DNA of 64,000 nucleotides from Streptomyces virus Karimac. Taxonomy: Duplodnaviria > Heunggongvirae > Uroviricota > Caudoviricetes. The notes under the pieces were generated by a model. It made no database searches. It was not told where the DNA came from and was given only the letters and a program-made list of their open reading frames with translations. Each line of letters begins with the position of its first letter. The first letter of the stretch is position 1. Shown here one piece after another: positions 59,312-64,000 of this stretch. The position numbers and the translations under genes were made by a program. Where the stretch lies: the IMG/VR virus record IMGVR_UViG_2974575442_000001. One strand, 5' to 3'.

Positions 59312-60781
59312 GAGGTGCACATGGCACTGATGACTGATCTCGCTCGAATGACTGATGCAGAGATCTCAAATAAGTTCAAGGGTCTTGTCGAAGGCTACGC
59401 TAAGGATCTTGCTAAGAGCAACAAGAGCAAGGGTGATCCTGGCACTGCTTCTATCGCCTCTGTGCGAGTCGGTAAGATTAAAAGAAAGAAGGGTCAGCTA
59501 GTTCCCTCACAGATCCTTCTTGCAATGCGTGCGGCCATCTGGAAGATGGGATGGGCACAGGGTGTTCTTCGTGACGAAGAGGGAAGGCTTTGTCTTCGTG
59601 GCGCAATGGTATGGCTCTATCGTAAGGGCTATTTCCACCAGGAAGATGGCGACATTGCTGCTCAGTGGCTTCACGACGAAGTTCGCAGGAAGAATGGCGA
59701 TGCGCAGAAGTACAACTTCATTTACTGGAACAACGATCCTCGCAGGACTCTTGCAGAGATTCTAAAGATTCTGGAGGACGCTGGTAATCGTGCCAAGCTG
59801 GCAGGAGAGTGACTGGGAGCTAGCTGGATATCTTTCAGAAGAAGACTTTCAGCTAGCTCAGGTACAATGGGAAAGAGTGGCTGAGGAGTTCTCACAGCTA
59901 CGACAGCGAATGCAGGAAATAGGCCCGGTGGCTGAGGCGGCTGGTAATTCTTTCAATGCATTCAGAGAGGCACAGGGCATGGCAGTGGACATTCGACACA
60001 ACGAATACCCAATGCGTGATGGCTATGGAACCTATTGGTATGATCCGAGCGGATTTCATGGTGACCACGAAGAGAACTGCTTTATCTGTGGTGAGTTCAC
60101 TAACAGAGTAGACATTGATTTCCACGGATACTTCTGCAACTCAGACGAGTGCAACGAGGTTATTCGTAAGGATCTCGAACGTCTGAACGGTGGACCAGAG
60201 CAGACTGATTGACAAATCCATATGTTCTGATCTAGCATAAGAACATTATGAGATATACAATCGTAAAGGAGTCTCTTAAAAGAGGCAGGGTGGTGGAAGG
60301 CTACAACTACTGCATCCTTGACACCAAGGTTGATAAGGTAGTCTTCCGTCACTCATCCGAATTCAAAGCTGAGTTCATCAAGGACTCTTTCAATGAAGCA
60401 AATGTAAGTAGCCGATTCGAATACGAATTGTCAGGCAACGAAAGCATTGAAGATCTAGATGATTCAGCATTTCAAGGGGAATGAATGCTGGAGAAATTGG
60501 CCTGGCGATATTTGGCCCGGCGCATGGAGTCCCATCGTAAAGCAGGTAGACACCATGAAGCAGACCATATAAGAGCAGCCCTTGCTACTAGACCACAAAA
60601 GCAATGCGCACTCTGCTGCATATTGGAGAATACAGACTGGCTTGCATGGGCAGTAAGGTTTGACCCAACGTCCGATATGGACAAGGACAGTGAGCTGTAT
60701 GCAGGTATTATTGCAGATGAATCCCGGTTTGGCGATGTGGTTCGGAGAGCTGGATTGGACTGACTGGGAATGGGAAGAAGA

Positions 60782-60815
60782 AGAGGACCGGCTTAGTGCT
60801 GGTCCTTTTCCGTTT
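60782..60815 (+). terminator. rho-independent terminator closing the plus-strand block
   Basis: Stem aggaccgg/ctggtcct, loop cttagtg, then ttttccgtttt. Confidence 0.6.
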
Positions 60816-60841
60816 TCAGCAGGCAATTCGGATTTGGTGGA

Positions 60842-61810
60842 TTTTTAGTCAGAGTTCGATTTTTTAGTCATGAATCAGTTGGCCAGATTTTTAGTCAGAA
60901 AAAGCCCGGTGGCTAGAGTTCCCCCATACATATAAGACTCATAAGACATAACCACATAAGACAGATAAGACAAGACAGAGCAGACAGAAGACGCTGTATG
61001 GCTTTGTAATAAAGAGGGCATAGTCAGAGACACCAATCATTTAAAGCATTGTGAGAAGCGAACGTAGGCATGTCAGCAGCCTTGATAGAAGACTGATTGA
61101 TGGCTTCGTGTCAGCCTTGAAATCATCAAAGTATCTTGACATCGAGACATAGTTATCCACAACCTGTGTACTTACCTGTGGATAACTTTCTGAGATTGTT
61201 GACTATCTTGATATAGAGATACTTGTTGAAAGATAGTGTGTAATGGTGCAGGAAATCGAAGGCGGATCGTAAGCCATATCTTCATTTCTAAGGTCAGAAG
61301 GGGGTTCCAGCCTTAGATTCACAGCCAATATATGCAGCCAGCCTAATAAAGTATCGATTCAAGGGCTCAGCGGGCCTCTTAAAACCAGCAAAAATAGCCC
61401 CAAAACCTATGAAAACTGCCAATAATCGGCCTAAAACCTGCGAAAACACGGCATTTCTGCACATTTTTGGATGCATTCGTAAAGGGCATGCCAGATAGAC
61501 CTTAGAATCATAGCTATGCATGCCTATTTTGCCTTAGATTCGTAAGTCAGCCCTAGTAGACAGCCAGATTATGCAGCCATGACTATACAGCCTGGATAGT
61601 CAGCCAAGACAGATTGATTGTGCTATGTCTTATATGTAGAATTGACCCGGTGGAGTATTGGTTGATTCTCTATGTCTTATATAGTACAAGGACACCTACT
61701 GCCACCGGCCAATCATCCTTGTATATCCTATGTCTTATATCGTAAAACAGAAGAAGCCTCCCAATAAAGACGGGAGGCTTTGTTTCATGTCTTATATAAG
61801 ACAGACCGAA
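60842..61810. repeat. non-coding repeat hub: 3x TTTTTAGTCA, 4x ATAAGACA, 4x ATGTCTTATAT, 16-bp palindrome TGTCTTATATAAGACA, CAGCCA/CCTTAGATTC repeats
   Basis: Core TGTCTTAT and its reverse complement occur at least 8 times; bidirectional terminator aagcctccc/gggaggctt at 61754-61780; no ORF over 60 aa. Confidence 0.65.
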
Positions 61811-62153
61811 CTAACTGTCTTGAATTTGAAATTGAAAATCATCCGGGGAATTTCGGCCCATTCGTAAATGCGCTTCAAGATCTTCCGGGAATTTTAGTCC
61901 CTATCGTAAAGGGCGAAAAATCGGACATGAAGGACAAATGACTAATCGACCATGTAGTCATGGGAGTTAGTTAGGATAAGCAACGAACCGGGGCGGCTAG
62001 CACTTCGTGCCATAGGATAAAATTGAAAGGTCCCTGGGTTGCAGCCGACCATCTGCTATTTAATCCCTCGCCCGAGATGGACTGATAGGGAACCCAGGAA
62101 CACACCTTATGACCTCACTACAATAGTGTAACAAGGCCATCGCTCTGTGTCAA

Positions 62154-62396
62154 TCACCACTGCAACTCGTCAGTGACGTTGTAGTGCGAGACGAACGGCA
62201 CCACCCAACGAGAGTTCAGAAGCTTGCCCTTCTCCTCCCACAGGGTGAGAGTGCCAGTCTTGACATCGAACTCGATGCCATTGTCCATGATGCCTGTGAA
62301 TTCCAGCTCCCTTCGGATACCCTCTTCGAGAACGATCACGGTCACAGTGCGAGTCATGTTCTGTCCCTTCGTTGATACTAGTCTAACAGAGTACAA
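62154..62396 (-). CDS. hypothetical protein
   Basis: 80-aa minus-strand ORF; first gene of the minus-strand block. Confidence 0.4.
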   Translation of the reverse strand: MYSVRLVSTKGQNMTRTVTVIVLEEGIRRELEFTGIMDNGIEFDVKTGTLTLWEEKGKLLNSRWVVPFVSHYNVTDELQW

Positions 62397-62457
62397 GGGA
62401 CATGTCTACCACCGGGCCAAAATGACCGGGGCGGTCAGGCCCCGAAGGGCCTAGCCT

Positions 62458-62760
62458 TTAGAAGTCGGTTTCGTCGTTGTACAGATCCTCTTCGATCTCG
62501 CTCAGAGCCTCACCCAGCCAAAAAGCCTTTTCCTTACGACGGATCTCACGACGGTGCCATTTCCCATTGTCCAGCTCATCCATGTAGCGGTGAGCGAGGA
62601 TACGGCTACCACCCATGACGCCAGACTTTCCAGAGCTGGAGTGACAGCAGTAGCCACCACACGTCCGACGCCCGGTGCCGGGGATCGGGATTCCCTTGCT
62701 CATGTTGGCACGCTCCTTTTCGAGAATGTAGGAGTAGTATCCGTTGAGATCCGTTGCCAT
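62458..62760 (-). CDS. hypothetical Cys-rich protein
   Basis: 100 aa; CGGYCCH motif; RBS aaggagga upstream on minus strand. Confidence 0.4.
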   Translation of the reverse strand: MATDLNGYYSYILEKERANMSKGIPIPGTGRRTCGGYCCHSSSGKSGVMGGSRILAHRYMDELDNGKWHRREIRRKEKAFWLGEALSEIEEDLYNDETDF

Positions 62761-62824
62761 GCTCCTCCTTCGAACTGTTGCCAGTCTACACTAGTAGTCT
62801 CAGGATGTCCAGAGACCGGGGCGG

Positions 62825-62850
62825 CCAAAAGCCCCCGCCGAAGCGGGGGC
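62825..62850 (-). terminator. rho-independent terminator (minus strand; palindromic hairpin)
   Basis: gcccccgc-cgaa-gcgggggc hairpin followed on minus strand by TTTTGG. Confidence 0.6.
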
Positions 62851-62857
62851 CGTTGAC

Positions 62858-63898
62858 TCAGGCAGCCAGACTCAGCACTGCCTTACGGATCTTGTTCTTC
62901 TCAGCGTTGATCACCGGGTCGAAACCACTCGCCGCAGCGAACAGATTGTCAACCTCACCCTTACGCGGCATCCGGTACCAGTCCAGACGCTCAGTCAGCG
63001 CGTTCAGCGCACCGGCCATCGTGCCAGCCAGAGACTGAGTGGTCTTGGGGCCGTCGCCCGTGTCGGTGAAGATTCCCATCAGCAGATCACGCTTGCCGTC
63101 CCACTTGACCTGAGAACCCTTGACGTTCTCAGTCGGACGGTCACCGTAGATCGTCTTGATCAGTTCATCGAACTGATTCTTCGTGCACTCCGTGCGGAAC
63201 AGTTCGTTCATCTCGCGCTCGAACTCATCCGCGTAGGCGAAGGTGATGTTCAGTGCCTCACGCGCGGCAGCCATGCGACCCTCGATGGTCTGAGTGTGGC
63301 GCATCTTGAACGTCTGCTTCACACCGTTACGGAGTGCGAAGTTCAGCGTGTTCTGACACACGACACGAACCGGAGTGACGCTCGCCTGCACCGCGAGAGA
63401 ACCGTCATGGGAGGTGTTGACCAGCAGATACATGTTGGTCACGTCGGAGTCACCGACCAGAACCTCTCGGCCGATACGCAGAGATCCGAAGACCTGCGTA
63501 CCATCCTTGATAGAACCGGCAGTCTCCCACGTTCCACCACCCGCAAGGATGCCGTCACCGAAGGCGAACAGCTCCTCATTCTGCACCACCTTATAGCGAG
63601 CGGCCACGATGCCAAGGGAGTCGTCCAGCCCATCGAACGGGTTGGTACGGATCACCTCGAACATGTCCTTAGACACGCGACCCTTACGCTCCAGAAGTTC
63701 CAGCCGCACGTTCCAGTTGGACAGGTGTGCGAGCCGAAGCATCTCGGAAGTGGTGAGTTCACCTTCGAAGACAGTTCCGAGGTTGTGCCACGCGGGCTCC
63801 AGACGAGAAGCGAACGCGACCTGACCACGGGAACCGATTTCGAGACCGTGCATTTTTGCTCCAATGATTGGCGGATTTACTACTAGCTTACCTTGCAC
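62858..63898 (-). CDS. putative structural (major capsid-like) protein
   Basis: 346 aa; composition and size like HK97-fold capsid proteins; assignment tentative. Confidence 0.3.
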   Translation of the reverse strand: MQGKLVVNPPIIGAKMHGLEIGSRGQVAFASRLEPAWHNLGTVFEGELTTSEMLRLAHLSNWNVRLELLERKGRVSKDMFEVIRTNPFDGLDDSLGIVAARYKVVQNEELFAFGDGILAGGGTWETAGSIKDGTQVFGSLRIGREVLVGDSDVTNMYLLVNTSHDGSLAVQASVTPVRVVCQNTLNFALRNGVKQTFKMRHTQTIEGRMAAAREALNITFAYADEFEREMNELFRTECTKNQFDELIKTIYGDRPTENVKGSQVKWDGKRDLLMGIFTDTGDGPKTTQSLAGTMAGALNALTERLDWYRMPRKGEVDNLFAAASGFDPVINAEKNKIRKAVLSLAA

Positions 63899-64000
63899 GG
63901 GGACTACTTGTCAAAGTAGTCAGAGAACACCCTGTGGAGTTGATCAAGCAACAGATCATCCAAGGCTTCGGGCTTTCGCCTTCCCCCTTGCTGATAGCTC

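Noticed and set aside
60842-61810. Possible CRISPR array because of repeated ATGTCTTATAT and TTTTTAGTCA units
   Set aside because: Repeats are short, of several different kinds, irregularly spaced, in both orientations and include palindromes. No uniform repeat-spacer architecture.
1-64000. Integrase/attachment-site evidence for a prophage or integrative element boundary
   Set aside because: No recombinase-like ORF or tRNA-flanked direct repeats suggesting an att site were seen; the window looks like an internal part of a lytic-type phage genome.

Overview
This window looks like a dense, almost entirely plus-strand segment of a large tailed-phage genome. A WhiB-like gene suggests the host is an actinobacterium. 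GC looks roughly balanced by eye. Coding content includes a DnaE-type DNA polymerase III alpha subunit, a recombination module (RecA-like recombinase, Cas4-like nuclease, RuvC-like resolvase), terminase small and large subunits with an HNH nuclease, an RNA ligase and polynucleotide kinase-phosphatase pair, a NADAR-family protein, a deaminase, a phosphoesterase, thioredoxin, a WhiB-like regulator and many small ORFs. These include a recurring family of small KOW/SH3-like proteins. The most striking content is an RNA-centred accessory region from about 14.3 to 56 kb. It holds roughly 45 tRNA or tRNA-like genes in clusters, a tmRNA (ssrA) gene with tag (A)ANSNVASAYALAA, and a Ro60/TROVE-vWA protein gene (Rsr orthologue). 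It also holds a family of short non-coding RNAs that carry the conserved Y-RNA 5' motif (GGGTCGAATGG...CGGTTATC, CTGGTCCGA, GGCTGGCCGA) and a bulged terminal helix. They sit beside or among the tRNA genes and just upstream of the Ro60 gene. This looks like a phage-encoded Ro60 / Y-RNA ribonucleoprotein system with multiple Y-RNA paralogues. Other notable structure: several class-I (short variable arm) tRNAs carrying Leu and Tyr anticodons next to canonical class-II copies; many tRNA-like elements lacking a canonical acceptor or D arm; a promoter-driven ~130-nt RNA ending in a tRNA-like minihelix; a family of TTGACA-N17/18-TAGNNT promoters; many rho-independent terminators; and two repeat-rich non-coding hubs (a TGTCAY array at 20.8-21.1 kb and a TGTCTTAT/ATAAGACA region at 60.8-61.8 kb) that are candidate origins or operator arrays. 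After 62.1 kb transcription switches to the minus strand, where one gene is a putative capsid-like protein. Coordinates of RNA features were derived by hand and may be off by 1-2 nt. Many further small ORFs from the six-frame track are plausible genes but are not listed individually.
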